Shown in pieces: positions 25,482 through 38,320 of a stretch of DNA of 64,000 bases. Both the position numbers and the translations under genes were made by a program. The DNA is from Podarcis tiliguerta (lineage: Eukaryota). The notes below the pieces were generated by a model. That model saw only the letters and a program-made list of their open reading frames with translations, was not told the origin of the DNA and searched no databases. The stretch lies in NCBI GenBank assembly GCA_965153285.1, contig OZ229117.1; one strand, written 5' to 3'. Numbering within the stretch: the first letter of the stretch is position 1; each line of letters starts with the position of its first letter.

Positions 25482-25809
25482 TTTTGAATATGAGCCATTT
25501 GCACCAGTGTTAGGAACCATCAATGAATAATTTCCACATTGTTTTCTCCAACAGAGGCTAAGAATGAAAGAAAATGGTTTTGTGGACCAGAGTTTATTCC
25601 ATATCAGTTTCCTCCTTCCAGGTCTTTTTCACATACCATCTTCTAATTGTGAAAAAGACCTGGAGGGAAGAAACTGATATGGAATAAACTCTGGTCCACA
25701 AAACCTTTTTTTTTTTTCTTTTTTCATTCTTGGCCTCTGTTGGAGAAAACAATGTGAAAATTATTCTTAGATGGTTCCTAACACTGGTGCAAATGGCTCA
25801 TATTCAAAA
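25482..25809. repeat. Long inverted repeat (arms 25482-25633 and 25648-25809, 14-nt loop)
   Basis: The arms are reverse complements, differing by ~6 substitutions and a T-run length change. Confidence 0.97.
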
Positions 25810-26160
25810 TAGGGCTGTGTATATTTTACAAACCGGTCCCTTAATACAAGGTGTTGGCAGCACTGCTATACACTCAAATACTAACAAGGTTCAGATATAT
25901 CAAGGAAGAAATGAAATGAAATAGCTGCTGAATGCTTAACCGGTAATGGTTGGCATCTACTAATCGTGGAGAGTTGATGATGTGAAAGAGCACCAGTCTG
26001 ATTATAAAAATCTCTCAGACAAAAGAAACCAGATTCATTAAGGCTTGTACTAAAAGCTACCTTATCCTCTGATTTACATGCTGGGTGATAGGGTAGGGGA
26101 AAATATGAGGAGGTTGATGGCAATTTGTTTTTTAAACCACTTAGACCAGGTTGTTAAAGC

Positions 26161-26690
26161 ACTACTACATGCCACCCCAATCTCTGAGCAGTGAAAGAAT
26201 TCAGGGGTTCCAGGGGCTTACTCAGGTTCAGTTTCCTTGGAATGAGGTTCAACGAAGACTGTGGTGCCTTTAGGATATATGGTTTTATTTGCACATATAT
26301 ACAACCTGAGCATAAGATGGAGGGGCTCACAGCATCAACACCCCAACATATCTTGCTTCTCCATTAGTCATGGCTTTGGATCCAGCACAGAGCAAGCATG
26401 CTTCTGTGTCTCCAGCGTCCAGCCTGGATGCTCATGGGCTCCTTCATGCAACCAACCAAGTATGCACACACACACACTAATCATCCATGAACCTTGGAGT
26501 ATGTGGAGGTAACTTCTGAAAGGGGCTTTTGAGAGTTTGCTTCCTTGTTTGTGCTCCTGGCGATGCCTTTTCTCCTTGCCTGAATGATTCATATCTTCAA
26601 TCTCCCCAGATCACCCTTTGGCCTGGTTCCATGACCTGTTCATCCTGTTATATGGTATGCTAACCCCTCCGAGCCAGCTGTTTTAGAGAA
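26161..26690 (-). mobile_element. LTR-like interspersed repeat inserted in the L1
   Basis: Reverse complement of 26161-26330 aligns by eye with 35815-35968 (atgctcagg.tgtata..tgtg.aaataaaacc...cattccaaggaaa...tcactgctca.aga.tggg); AATAAA ~120 nt before the end. Confidence 0.5.
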
Positions 26691-29170
26691 TGTTGTATAA
26701 TATTTACACAAACCACAGAGTTACTTCTCAAGAAGAGACACCATTGCACAGGTTACAATATGTTAATAGGTGTAGTGGAAAAGAGAATAACCTGGGTCAA
26801 ACCCCCAGCTTTCATTTTATAATGGTCACTCATTCTTTAACTGGCCCAATGCTTAATCTTATCATTGGTCTTCATGATTAATTGATTTCCCCATCTATAA
26901 AAGTTCAAAAGCCATAAATCTTGCTCCTAAAAAATCCTGCACGAAATTCTTTGAATTTCTCTAAGCTTTCCAACACTTACAACAATATTCTTCTCAAGCC
27001 TTTGTACATAAAGGACTTCCTCATGTATTGACACTGGAAAATGTGTTTAAACCATAAACATCCCTAATCCTTTAAGAAATGGGTGTCAAGTCATTCTCTA
27101 GTTCCTTTGATGATGGCTTGATGGAAACAAGTCCCTCCCATTCCATCATGTATTTATTTTAATAGCTGCCAAATGGAATAAAAAACAAGAGTCCTCTTCT
27201 TTTACGATCAATATCATAGTAACTGAGGATGGATTTCTCACTCACCTCGGGATGGGTGCCAGTTCACAGAAAAACAGTGCCAAGGAATAGGGATATATGC
27301 CAACTGTGTCTGAAGATGAAAGAATGACGTTGTTCTTGTACAGTTAAATGTGTCTGTCAAAGTTGGCCCAGGATGGGGACGGAGGGTTTGGACACACTGG
27401 CCCGATGCAGTTCCTCACCTCTGCTGTACTGATTTACACTGAAGTAAGTCACATTAGGGCTGCCCACTTGCTATGGGCAGGGGCGGAGGAAGGGGTGCAG
27501 TGGGGCTGGGCCTTCCCGGGTGTCACCACTGGGGGGAGGGGCTGACAAAATGCCGGGCGGCACTTGTCGTGGGGCCTGCAGCACGCCCGAGCCACGTGTT
27601 TCTCCTGCGAGTGACACAGTGGCTTGGGCACCCACAGGCTCCGTGCTGCCCCAAATGGTCCGCCCACCGCCTCCTCCTCAGCTATAGGGCGGCTGAGTGG
27701 GAGGCGGCAGGCAGACTCCTCAGAGGCCCACAGAGCATCCTGCCCTGGCTCACCCTGCTCCCGCAGGCAGGTGGCCCCGCCCCTGGACACAGGGCATGCA
27801 CACCTCCCCAGGCACCTGAATGACTTGCTCCGCTATGGGTTATGGGCTAGCTTAGGGGGTGCAGAACCGACTGGCTTAGGGTTTAGAAGAATGGGGGGCT
27901 GCTGCTGCTGACCTGCCTCCCTCCTTCTCAGTAGCTATCACCTAAGGCAGCTGCCTCATTGTGCCTAATCTAAGAGATGGCCCCAGAATCAGTCAAATAG
28001 GGTGTCCATTGCCAGAAGTGTACAGATGTTAACTAGCTGAAGTGAACCGCTAGTTAATTAGCGGTTTACTGATTAAATTGTGTCTGGTTGAACTTTAGCT
28101 CAATTCACACACCGAGTTAAAGTTTAATCATTTGCCATTTGTCAAGGGTGGCTATTAATGCCATATTTTATCAATTTTGTTGGCCTGTGAGCTGAGCTCG
28201 CCCAAATGCTGAGGCAATGAGCAGAGAGCATATATTAGTTTGGATATTTCATGGTACACCTCCACATTTCCATCGTGTCAGCAAACCCAAGCCTGTGTGA
28301 GTTTGTGTGTGTTTCTGGTAGAATCAGCACTGGATCCAAGAAATACGAGGAAACGGTGTGCCTGGCAAAAGGATTTTATGTACACCTCTAACAGAAAGGT
28401 GTTACCCTGTCAGCCTCATGGGCAACCCTCCAAAGGCCGCACTATGTAACAATGGTAAGGGGTTGGATCAGATACCTGAAGGAAGGTTAGCAGCCCGCTC
28501 TTCTCGATTAAGCAAGATATTACTGAACATGTAAATATGTGTTTAAAATCCCTATGGACACTTCCTTGGAAAAAGAGCTCTGGGGAGTGAGGTATTCCCA
28601 GCAGAGAAGCAGTGTGGGGAGTAGAGCATTTAACACTCACCCCCTCCCCACGTCTGTTGCAGGCTGCAGCTGAGGCATGTTCCCTTGTATAAATCCCAGT
28701 TAGTTAAGTCCAGCCAGGAAGAGGATTCTAATCTGTGCCTGACCTTCTACGTGCCCTGCCTTTGCAAAACTACTCTTCCTTAGTGTCTCCCAGAGGATGT
28801 CCTTCTCAGTCCTGCAAATCCATCAGAGGAATGCAATATATGCTCCAATGGCCCCTGTAAATCACAGCACAGCCAGAACAGGTCTGCAGAAAGAAAGAAA
28901 AAAGCGAGCGGGGGAGGGGGGTGTTGCCTAATGGAAAGAAACTGCCTGTTGAGGTTTTTCTCAGGAAGTCTGTGTTGACTGTGCTAAAGGCACACAGGAT
29001 TCATTAGCACAAATTTGCGTTGTGAAGCTTATTCCTTCTCCTCCCTCCCCTCCCCTCCTCAGAAACCTCTTGCTCTTTTACTACCTGGAGGGCCACATCA
29101 ATTCATTTGGCGGCCTTGGGAAAAGTTGGCTCTCCCCATTTCACACACAGGAGGAGATCAGACTGGACTG

Positions 29171-29372
29171 AGGGGAAGAGCAATAGCTCAGTTGTAAAGC
29201 TCTTGTTTTGCATGCGGAAGGTCCCAGGTTCCATCCCTGGTGTCTCCAGGTAGGGCTGGAAAAGATTCCTGCCTGAAACCTTGCAGAGCCACTGCCAGTG
29301 CACGTCAAAAAAACTGAGTTAGATAGACCAATGGATTGACCCAGTATGAGGCATGTCTCTACGTTTCTATGG
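29171..29372 (+). mobile_element. Short (~200 nt) tRNA-derived SINE; further copies at ~4665-4865, ~7590-7750, ~12240-12380(-), ~24570-24750, ~57690-57830(-), ~60458-60640
   Basis: Head tagctcagt.gta.agc...gcagaaggtcccaggttc.atccctggcatctccaggtagggctg recurs across the window. Confidence 0.75.
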
Positions 29373-29689
29373 TTTAACACTGGTGCTCTCCTCCAATGCA
29401 CCTGAGGAAAGCAGGTTAGCTAAGGGCACAGGGCAAACACAAGCTTGCCCTTCCACGCTGCTCCCATCCCCACCAGAACCATTGCATATGCCACATGAGA
29501 TGGCTGTTCCATTCTGCTAAGCCCTGACTTACTCAGCTAAGATACATTCCCCCATTGATAGCATATGTGCGCGCTCGCTCTCTCTCTCTCTTTCTCTCTC
29601 TCGGTGCCTCTGTGTCTAATTCCTTAGAGGAAAAACAAGAGCACATGTTAGCAACCAAATTGGCCATGGTGACAATTGACCCTATTTCC

Positions 29690-30050
29690 CTTGAATGTTG
29701 GAAGATTTGGAACAGACAAAAGGAAGTCCTTCTTCACACAGCATAGTTAAATTACGGAACCCACTCCCACAAGAGGCAGTGATGGCCACCAAACTGGAGG
29801 GCTTTAAAAGAGGATTGGACAAATTCATGGAGGCAGAGAAGGCTATCAAGAAGGCTATCAAGAAGAAGGCTAGCCATGCTGGCTGTTCTTTGCCTCCATG
29901 GTCAGAGACAGCCATGTTTCTGAATACCAGTTTCTGGAAACCACAGTTTCTGGAAATCTGTGTTGCTGTGCTGTGGACCTGCTTTGAGGCTTCTGGTTAG
30001 CCACCGTGAGAACAGGATGCTGATACAGCAGGCTCTTTTTATGTCCTTAT
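29690..30050 (+). mobile_element. Older CR1/L3-type 3' fragment; many copies (~8890-9160, 14765-15060, 21805-22050, 30510-30865, 32620-32970, 38130-38830, 39000-39270, 51180-51500, 52340-52600)
   Basis: Shared NxLPQEAVMAT.L.GFKRGLDKFME coding end plus a conserved 3' UTR. Confidence 0.7.
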
Positions 30051-31014
30051 AAAACAGCCAGGCCTTCAACTGCCTTGTATTTATAGCTTCTTTGCAGTGC
30101 TGTCTTCAGCCCTTAAGAAAAAAAACACAAAAAACTCACCCAGCTTACCAAATCTTGAGAGATAGTTTCTCAGAGCTGGGTGAAGCAGGTGGGGATTAGA
30201 TCTCATTTTCATGTGGCTTGCTCTGTGATTTGCAAGAACACCTTTAAACTTTTCACGCCTTCCCAGGGTGGTAAATTCCATTCTGCCTGACAGCGGCCGT
30301 AATTGGTCTGTACAGTGTAAAATGAACTGCTGCCAAAGTTTCTTAACTCTATTTTTTGGCTATCTCTGTAAAAAAAAATAAAAAAAATTAAACTACACAT
30401 CGCTATTCGTTTTCACAGCCCTTAAGTAAAGAATATACACCTTGCCAGCACAGGCCCCTTGATCCTTGCATTTTCTTTCTCTATCCTCTTTCGTAACGTT
30501 GGAACTTGTGGACGTCTGAGGAAGCTGAATGTTGGATGATTTATGAGAGATAAAAGAAAGGACTTTTTCACATACTGTAGGGCATGGTTAAAGGAACCTG
30601 CTTCCACAGGAGGCAGTGATAACTATCAACCTACATAGCATTAAAGACGATTAGGCAAATTCACAGAGGAGAGGGCTAGCGATGGCTACTAGCCATGATG
30701 GCTCTGCTCTGCCTCCACTGTCGGATGAAGTAATGCTTCTGCAGGAGGGGAGAGTCCTCTTGTGCTTCAGGTCCTTCTTGTGGGCTTCCCACAGGCATGC
30801 GAAAACAGGATGCTGGAGTAGATGGACCACTGGGCTGATGCAGAAGGGCTCATTTTATATGCTTCTTAAATGGTCTGGTGAGTCAAATGGGGAGGGCTGG
30901 CAAGCCCAACATCGCCTGCAAGCCAGAAGTTCTCCAGCACTGATCTAGTGCCACCCTGTTTCTCTGATAAAACAACACATCCTCTAGCTGCTGGCCACTG
31001 TGACCAGTAGTGGC

Positions 31015-31196
31015 CAGTGCTTTTTTTCTGGGGGTACGCAGGGGTATGAATACCCCTAAACATTTTATGAATCTTTGTACTTTTGTCCATTTACTGTATT
31101 TATTTTCCCTGGTTTGAACTATAAAATGGTGGTTTTCTTGAGTCAAAATGAGAGCAGCCCTAAACATTTATTATTATTTTTTAGGAAAAAGCACTG
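31015..31196. mobile_element. hAT-type MITE with 8-bp TSD; related copy at 3321-3462
   Basis: TIR cagtgcttttt; TSD gtagtggc at 31007-31014 and 31197-31204. Confidence 0.88.
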
Positions 31197-31213
31197 GTAG
31201 TGGCAAATGGCTA

Positions 31214-31458
31214 CAGTGGTACCTCAGAATGCGAATGGGATCCGTTCCGGAGCCCTGTTCGCACCCTGAAGCGAACATAACCTGTGTCTGCACGTGCGCG
31301 GGTCACGTGTCGCGCTTCTGCACATGCACGTGACGTCATTTTGACGGTCTGCGCATGCACGCACAGCAAAACCCAGAAGTAAGGGGCTCCGTTACTTCCG
31401 GGTCGCCACAACCCAAAAAATGCCTAACCCAAAGCGTATTCATCTTGAGGTATGACTG
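31214..31458. mobile_element. Tc1/mariner-type MITE
   Basis: TA-cagtggtacctc ... gaggtatgactg-TA. Confidence 0.8.
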
Positions 31459-34233
31459 TATATTCTTGAAGTTGAAGCACCTGGTGTTTTCAGCGTTCCT
31501 TAATGCTTAGCTTTGGAGCACACAGTGTTGTTTTGGTGGCTCCAGGATGCTGGGGACAGAGATTCTGCTGGGGCCCTGCTGCAGAAATAGTAATGGATCT
31601 TTAACCCCACCTTCCACCACAGTGACCCCAGACCACTGTGACACTGACTGTGGCACTGGGAATGGCAGATGCCAGCAGGACCTCAAAAGTGGCTGCAGTA
31701 GTGTAGTGATAAATTTTGAAATTAAAGAGATCCTTGTGATTGCCTCCAACCTTCCAAGAGCCCCATTCCAAAGGCGAATCCAAAAATGCAGGCAGCTGTG
31801 TTGATTCTAGATATTTAACTGTATGTATCAAAATAGCAATGGTAAATAACACAGTGTCTTGTTTATTAGGATCAGAATAGTAAGCTGGCAAAGAGTGGCT
31901 GGAATTTGGCTGGGTAGACCTTGACCCCCAACCCTGTGGCCTAACTGCAATCCTCTACATAGTTAGGAAGCTGCAGTGAAACTCAGTATTCCTGGTTTCT
32001 GGCTGCAAGGATCCAATTTGTAAAACACAGAGAACTTTAATAAAAGGCATTCATCCCACTGAACTTCAACCTTTAGTGCTTAATTAGAGGTGCATGCATG
32101 CTTGTAAGTAATTATTACCATTTAAACTTCTAGTATGAAACAGGAGCCCCGTCAAAGAAAGAAGAAACATTTACCCAGCCTCTGCTTGATTGCACATCTG
32201 TCACAAACTCGAAAGCCTCTGTTCACTTGTCAGAACAAGGAGGGTGCATCAATATCAGTTACCCTGGCATTCCTGCAGGTTGCATCATCACTCCTGTATG
32301 GATGGTCCCCTCATGTTCCTGTACCTCAACACTATTGGCTGACCATGAAGGAGGGTAAGGCAGGGTAGTCTGAGGGAACCTTCTCCCCCTTTGAGGCCAC
32401 CCATATTTTAACTGGAGATACCAGGGATCAAGCCTTTGACCTTCTGCAAACATCACATGTGCTCTGCCTCTGATCTATATACTCTGCCCACAAGGGGAAC
32501 ATTCTGTGCCGTCACATAGAAGGATAGCAAATAGCTGAGAGGCCAAAGTTGAACGCAAGAATGCTGACATACTGTATAGCCCACACAATATGAGAGGGAG
32601 TGAAAAATCAGTGTTACCAGTAGACAACCTCGCACGATCTTCTTCATGAATCTGTCCAGTCCTTTTTATAAAGCCATCTAAGCTAGTGGCCATTGCTGCC
32701 TCCTGTGGGAGCAAGTTCCATAACTGAACTATGCACTGTCTGAAAAAAAGTACTTCTTTTCTCTCTTCTGAATCTTCCAACATTCAGCTTCATCGGAGAG
32801 GGAGTAAAACTTTTCTCTACCTGCTTTCTCCAGGTCATGCATAATAATCTTATAAATGTCAGTCATGTCGCTTGTTACTCACCTTGTCTCTAAACTAAAA
32901 AGTCCTAAACACTGCAAGCTTTCTTCACAGAGGTGTTGCTCCATCCCACTGATCATTTTGGTCACCCTTTCTGGTTAGTAAAAGAACCACAGAAAACACA
33001 CAGTCCCAGCTATGACAAAGAGTGAGCAAAAGTCAAAGAGCCAAGAACCCAGGAAGATCTGACAGCTGTGCCAAGACCAAAGGTGAGGAACAATCCCACA
33101 TGGAAGATTTTACCAGTTATTTCTCCCTAATCCCATTCTGAAGCAGATCTCATTCTTTCCTTCCTTCCCTCTCCCCCCCCCCCCCCCCAATTTGTTTCGC
33201 TGTCTTGCAGAATAATCACTGGGAAGTTGTCCCAGGTGATTCTCAGAAACTGAGTCCCTGGGACTAGGCCTGGATTTCCAACAGAGTAGAACCGATGAAC
33301 TAACACCTTCCTTGGCTGAGGATAAGCCTCGGGCAACAACCAGCGTTCTCCAAACAAAAAAGAACATCTTCATCTTTTTAAATAATGCAACAGCAGGACA
33401 GCATGTACTTTGCTACACACTTTCCCAGGTGACATGTTATGGCAGACTCCGTGGATGAAATAAGATTGATGGGGGAAAAACAAAACATTTTCTATCCCTA
33501 ATTACTAGGCGTTAAATTCTGTGATCCTTTCTTCACTGCCCCCTGGAAAAAAGAAAAGAAAAGGGATGGGGGGGGGGGGAACTCCTGGGGAACCAGCATA
33601 GTGCTAAGTTAAAGAACAATCATGGACTTTACAGGTTGTGCTGCAGGAATCTCAAATTCTTACCACTCAGATTGATGGCTCCTGGTTGAAGCTGTTGTGG
33701 GAACAAAGCAACAAAAACTTTGTATGTAGCTCCCGTCCAATGCCACATGCCTTCAGTTTACTTCTCAGCTAACAGAAGCAGAGGTGTTATGGTCTAGTGA
33801 CATGATGAGTCAAAGGCACATTTCTATTTCTGCAGAAATATTCCCAGCAGAGTCCCTGTCTCCAGTGTCCTATAGTTGCCCAATCAGCATGAAAGGGGAA
33901 CTGTTTAATCTTCTTACCCTTTGTGCTGATTCGAGACAAATCAGAGTGAATCGGGCACTGGGGAATGGTTTCTAGGGTCACACTAGATCAGGCTCATCAG
34001 AAGAGCACAGATTAATTGATTCATATGCTCCAAACATTTAGAAACTCTGAGCACACAAAGTGCTTCAGTTGCAAGATAATGGTGTGCATGTTCTTCAAGG
34101 CAAACACAATCAAAGTCACCGGGGGGTGGGGAGAGACTGCAGCATTCAAAATCATTTGCACATGTATATGCACAGAAAATAGTAGATCTTCTTGAAAAAC
34201 AACACACTGATCATTGCAATTTAGCCCCACTTA

Positions 34234-34489
34234 TAGGGTGGCCATACGTCCAGAATTTCCCGGACATACCCAGAATACAGCAGTCGGAAGCAGTGTCTGG
34301 GTGGAAATCGGCAAAAAAAGTCCAGGAAAATCTGGAATTATGGCAACCCATGTTGACAGTGTAATTTTTGCCAATTTACCTTAAAAGAAGCTCAGAAACC
34401 TCGTTTTTTGCAATTTTGCACAAAACAAAAAAACCCACCTCAACAACTATTGTGTCTGGATTCTCACTTTCTGAAATAAGGCAACCCTA
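34234..34489. mobile_element. hAT-like MITE (tagggt[t/g]gcc termini); related copy at ~17620-17805
   Basis: tagggtggcc ... ggcaacccta, internally palindromic. Confidence 0.6.
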
Positions 34490-34499
34490 TCCAATTATT

Positions 34500-34856
34500 G
34501 GGATGCGGGTGGCGCTGTGGGTTAAACCACAAAGCCTAGAACTTGCCGATCAGAAGGTTGGCAGTTCGAATCTCCGCGACGGGGTGAGCTCCCGTTGCTC
34601 GGTCCCTGCTCCTGCCAACCTAGCAGTTCGAAAGCACATCAAAGTGCAAGTAGATAAATAGGTACCGCTCTGGCGGGAAGGTAAACGGCATTTCCGTGCA
34701 CTGCTCTGGTTCGCCAGAAGCAGCTTAGTCATGCTGGCCACATGACCCAGAAGCTGTACGCCGGCTCCCTCGGCCAATAAAGTGAAGATGAGCGCCACAA
34801 CCCCAGAGTCGGTCATGACTGGACCTAATGTTCAGGGGTCCCTTTACCTTTACCTT
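34500..34856 (+). mobile_element. Sauria SINE with 12-bp TSD
   Basis: TSD tatccaattatt at 34488-34499 and 34857-34868; (ACCTTT)n tail. Confidence 0.95.
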
Positions 34857-36813
34857 TATCCAATTATTATTATTGTATCATTATAAGATCTTTGCACAGT
34901 CTTAGAAGGTTGTATAATCTTAGGAGGGGGCATGGCTGTGAGTCTCCTGAAGGGCCCCTGCACTTCTGTATTTGCCACTACACCGCTGAACAGAATTATT
35001 CAATGGGTGACTCTCCTCTGATTTGCTCTGATTTGTTAGGCTGCTGGCAGAGGGCCAATACTTTTTCACACACCTTTCATTCCCACAACATGTAATAATG
35101 GCTCTCAATTCATGGAGGAGAAGTCTAGCAGCAGCTACAACTCATGATCTTCCTGCTACTTCCAGTATCTACCTCCAGTATCTACTTCTAGTATCAGAGA
35201 TGGAAAGGCTCTGAGTGCCTGTTTCTGGAGAGAACAAGTGAGGAAAGTGACTTTTGTGTGGCTGAAATATACAAAGGTAAGAGCTGCATCTATTGCTCAG
35301 CCCACATTTGCACCTGGTCCTACCTGCTTTAGAGCATCTCGCTTTTCCCACTCCTGGCATGCAGCACTAGAAAGCTGGTTACAAAAGAATGTGGTCCCCA
35401 GACTGAAACAGAACCCCCAGCCCTGATGCAGCATATCAGTGAGTGGATTCCAAATGTTCCACATCAATCTAGGGTACCTGGCCTTTGACCACTGAGACAT
35501 GCCAAGCCATTCCAGCAATTGCAATCTGTTTCAACCATTTTCCATTTTAAATTGTTGTAACCCACCCTGGGACATGATAGCAAAGGGCAGAAAGCATATT
35601 GAATTATGATGTAGTAGCAGTAGTAATGTAGGTTTGGGGGAGCCAGACTGGATGATGCACCGAGTGATTTCCAGTTCTTGGGGGTCTGAATCTAGTGTGG
35701 GTTGGAATCTAACAGACAAGCTTGCAGAACCAGTCAAATAAGTTTATTTCCTGGACCCAAAGCTGTGGCTAATGGATAAGTAAGATCTGTTGGCGTGTTA
35801 ATGCTGTGAACCCCACCATCCTATGCTCAGGCTGTATATTTGTGTAAATAAAACCGTATGGATACCACAATCTCCACTGGCTTTCATTCCAAGGAAAGAG
35901 AATCTGGGTTAAAAGCCTGGAAGCCCTGGATTTTCTCACTGCTCAAAGACTGGGCTGCTGTGTAATAATAAGAACGCAAACTGTTCTGAGCTGACTCACA
36001 CATCAAACACAGCTGTGTGTGACCTTCCCCAGGTGTAACCACACGCTGGATTAGATGGGCTCTCGCTGTCTTCTCACAAAGCTCTCCTGTTTTCAGAAAC
36101 TCAGATTTCTATCAGTGTTTCCAAATGATGTCTGCCCACATTGAGAAAGGTGAGAACAAACTATGTTCTCACCTGGGTACATTTCGATCCTTGTCATTTG
36201 TCCTCGTAGTCTGAGAAACAAGTTAAGATGTCACTTATGTGGGAGGTGATGTGTGAGCTACCTTTGGGGTGTCTTTGGAAAGATTGCTGAATATCGCAGC
36301 CTCTTTCCCCACAGCACTGCCTCTTTAGAATATGCACCATTAAAGTGTGACATTGTGCTTTCAGTGACATTGCTTAAGGTCCGCTGCCCCTGCGGAATAC
36401 TATAGGCCATTCATTATACAACACGGAGAGCTGTCATAAAGTCCCATTTGCCATTTTGCAATTTATGTGAAATGTGTGGCCTGGCCACATTCATCCTTTT
36501 TTCTTTTCCTTTCCCCCCAAACCTTGTTTCCAGTTAACATTGTGTGATTGCTGGAGAGAATTATGGGAGGAGGTGGACTTTGGTCCTCCCATAATTTGAA
36601 GCCCTGTGATATCACTTCAAACAGTCATGGCTTCCCCCTAAGAATCCTGGGAGCTGAAGTTTGTTGAAGGTGAAGAGGGTTGTTAGGAGACACTTTTCCT
36701 CTCCTAGAGCTACAATTCCTAGAGTTCCTTGTGAAGAGGGATTGTTAAACTACTGTGGGAATTGTTAAAACTACTGTGGTTTTCCAAACAACTTATATTT
36801 ATCCCTGAATTCA

Positions 36814-36815
<2 letters not shown>

Positions 36816-36890
<75 letters not shown>
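36816..36890. repeat. Compound (CT)n(CA)n microsatellite; others: (GT)n ~2794-2817, (AG)n ~11824-11849, (TA)n ~20396-20439, (ACT)n ~43997-44036, (GT)n ~44344-44382, (TATC)n ~58470-58515, (AAAG)n ~62774-62797
   Basis: Directly visible in the sequence. Confidence 0.95.
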
Positions 36891-36893
<3 letters not shown>

Positions 36894-37821
36894 TAACTTC
36901 ATTTTTTAAAGCAAAACCCTGGTCACCTTTAGCCATTTCATCACACAATATTATTCTTCTTAGCTACCAGAATCTGTGTTTTCACAAGCTTCCCTGTCTC
37001 ACATTGTGGGCAGGGTTCAGCTGAGTCACCTTTTGGGGTTTCTTTCATCACCATGATCCCTTAATCACATGCCCACTGATTTCTCTCAAATGAATCATCT
37101 TTAGAAGCTGCCAGAAGCCCATCTCTCCAGTTATGTTTACTTGAAGTTCCACTAAATCTCTTGATGAAACCTTGACAAGATCAACTGTTGTCTAGCGTCA
37201 TTCGTTCATTTATTATTATTATTTTATTAAGAAATGTCTAGGAAACTCCTGGGTTTTTATTTAAGCCTACTACGCCCTTCCCCCACCCCTCCTTTCATTC
37301 ACTTCTGCCAGCCACACAAGTTAGGTAGGTGATAGCATTGCATGTTTCTATACACAAAATAAGTCACAGCAATTAGATTATATTTGCTTTGTTTCATTTA
37401 TTCTCCCTTTGGTCTTCTTTAATTAAATTATAATGTGAGACATGTTTCTCATGATAGCAGCATGCTTTAACTGAAGTTATGAAATTGTTTTCTCAATTCT
37501 GTAAGAACCCACTGGAATCTTGTGCACCACGCAGGAGAGATTAGAGTACATAAATATAATCCCCATTTTGCAATGGATTGCATTACCTGCCTACCAGACG
37601 TACTCATCTGCTTCCCAGGTACTTGCAACCCCATTAACCAGGAAAATTGCATAATGAAGTTGGGGGCATAGGGTTTCTTCCATCTGTTTTCACAGGTTGC
37701 ACATGCACATAAAGGGGTGCCATGTGGTGACATGTTGGGTGACATCTGCTGTTGTGTCACACCATGCCCACTAGTGTGGACGACATTTTGCATGGCATGG
37801 CTGTATATCGATCCATACCAG

Positions 37822-37998
37822 CTTGTTGCTTAGTCGTCTTAGTCATGTCTGACTCTCTGTGACCCCATGAACCAGAGAATGCCCTGGAAACTCTCACTTT
37901 CTTCTCAAAGCTTCTCCTTTTTAATGTCCATGGAGTTTTCTTGGCAAAAATACTGGAGTGGGTTGCCAGTTCCTTCTCCAGGTGGATCACGTTTAGTC
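37822..37998 (-). mobile_element. BovB/RTE 3' fragment
   Basis: GAGAAGGAACTGGCAACCCACTCCAGTATTTTTGCC...GGGGTCACAGAGAGTCAGACATGACT..CAACAA on the minus strand. Confidence 0.75.
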
Positions 37999-38320
37999 TA
38001 AACAGGAAAACGAACTCCATATTCCCTGCATATGAATGCACCTTCAGAGATGGAACCATAGTCATGCTTGCCACCCACTGAAATAGCTGGCACTCAGATC
38101 ATCCAATGAAGCTGAGTGTTGGGCCAGCAAAAGGAAGTACTTTTTCACATAGTTGCAGAACTAAACTATGGAACTGACTACCACAAGACGTGGTGATTGT
38201 TGCTAATGTGAAGAGCTTTTAGACGTATTCAAAAAATTCATGGTGGATAAGATTATCAATAGCTAGTAGCTGTGATCACTATGTTCTACCTCCACTATGT
38301 GAGGCTGTATGTTTGTGAAT

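Larger units (their letters stand above)
24880..27250 (-). mobile_element. Degraded L1-clade LINE with an internal inverted duplication and a nested LTR-like insert (ends approximate)
   Basis: Minus-strand remnants in L1 ORF2 order: KAGGL (~26800), GFFCLRDFY (~26020), KGPVCKIYTALF (~25830), KMVCEKDL (~25635), WFLT (~25515), HLWWTC knuckle (~25430), AACLVIAQGW (~25250). Confidence 0.65.

Noticed and set aside
25482-25809. Hairpin as a MITE or conserved miRNA gene
   Set aside because: No TSD or transposon termini, the arms are L1 coding sequence, and the stem is far longer than a pre-miRNA.
26800-27100. Minus-strand frame with WLLNFYRWG-x13-WAS, spaced like the avihepadnavirus core motif (possible endogenous HBV)
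   Set aside because: A hand-scored alignment is weak and not significant for this search space. There is no polymerase nearby, and the segment runs into KAGGL in the right order and strand for the surrounding degraded L1 ORF2.
34500-34580. tRNA genes at A/B-box-like sequences
   Set aside because: All are SINE heads continuing into SINE bodies; none forms a complete cloverleaf.
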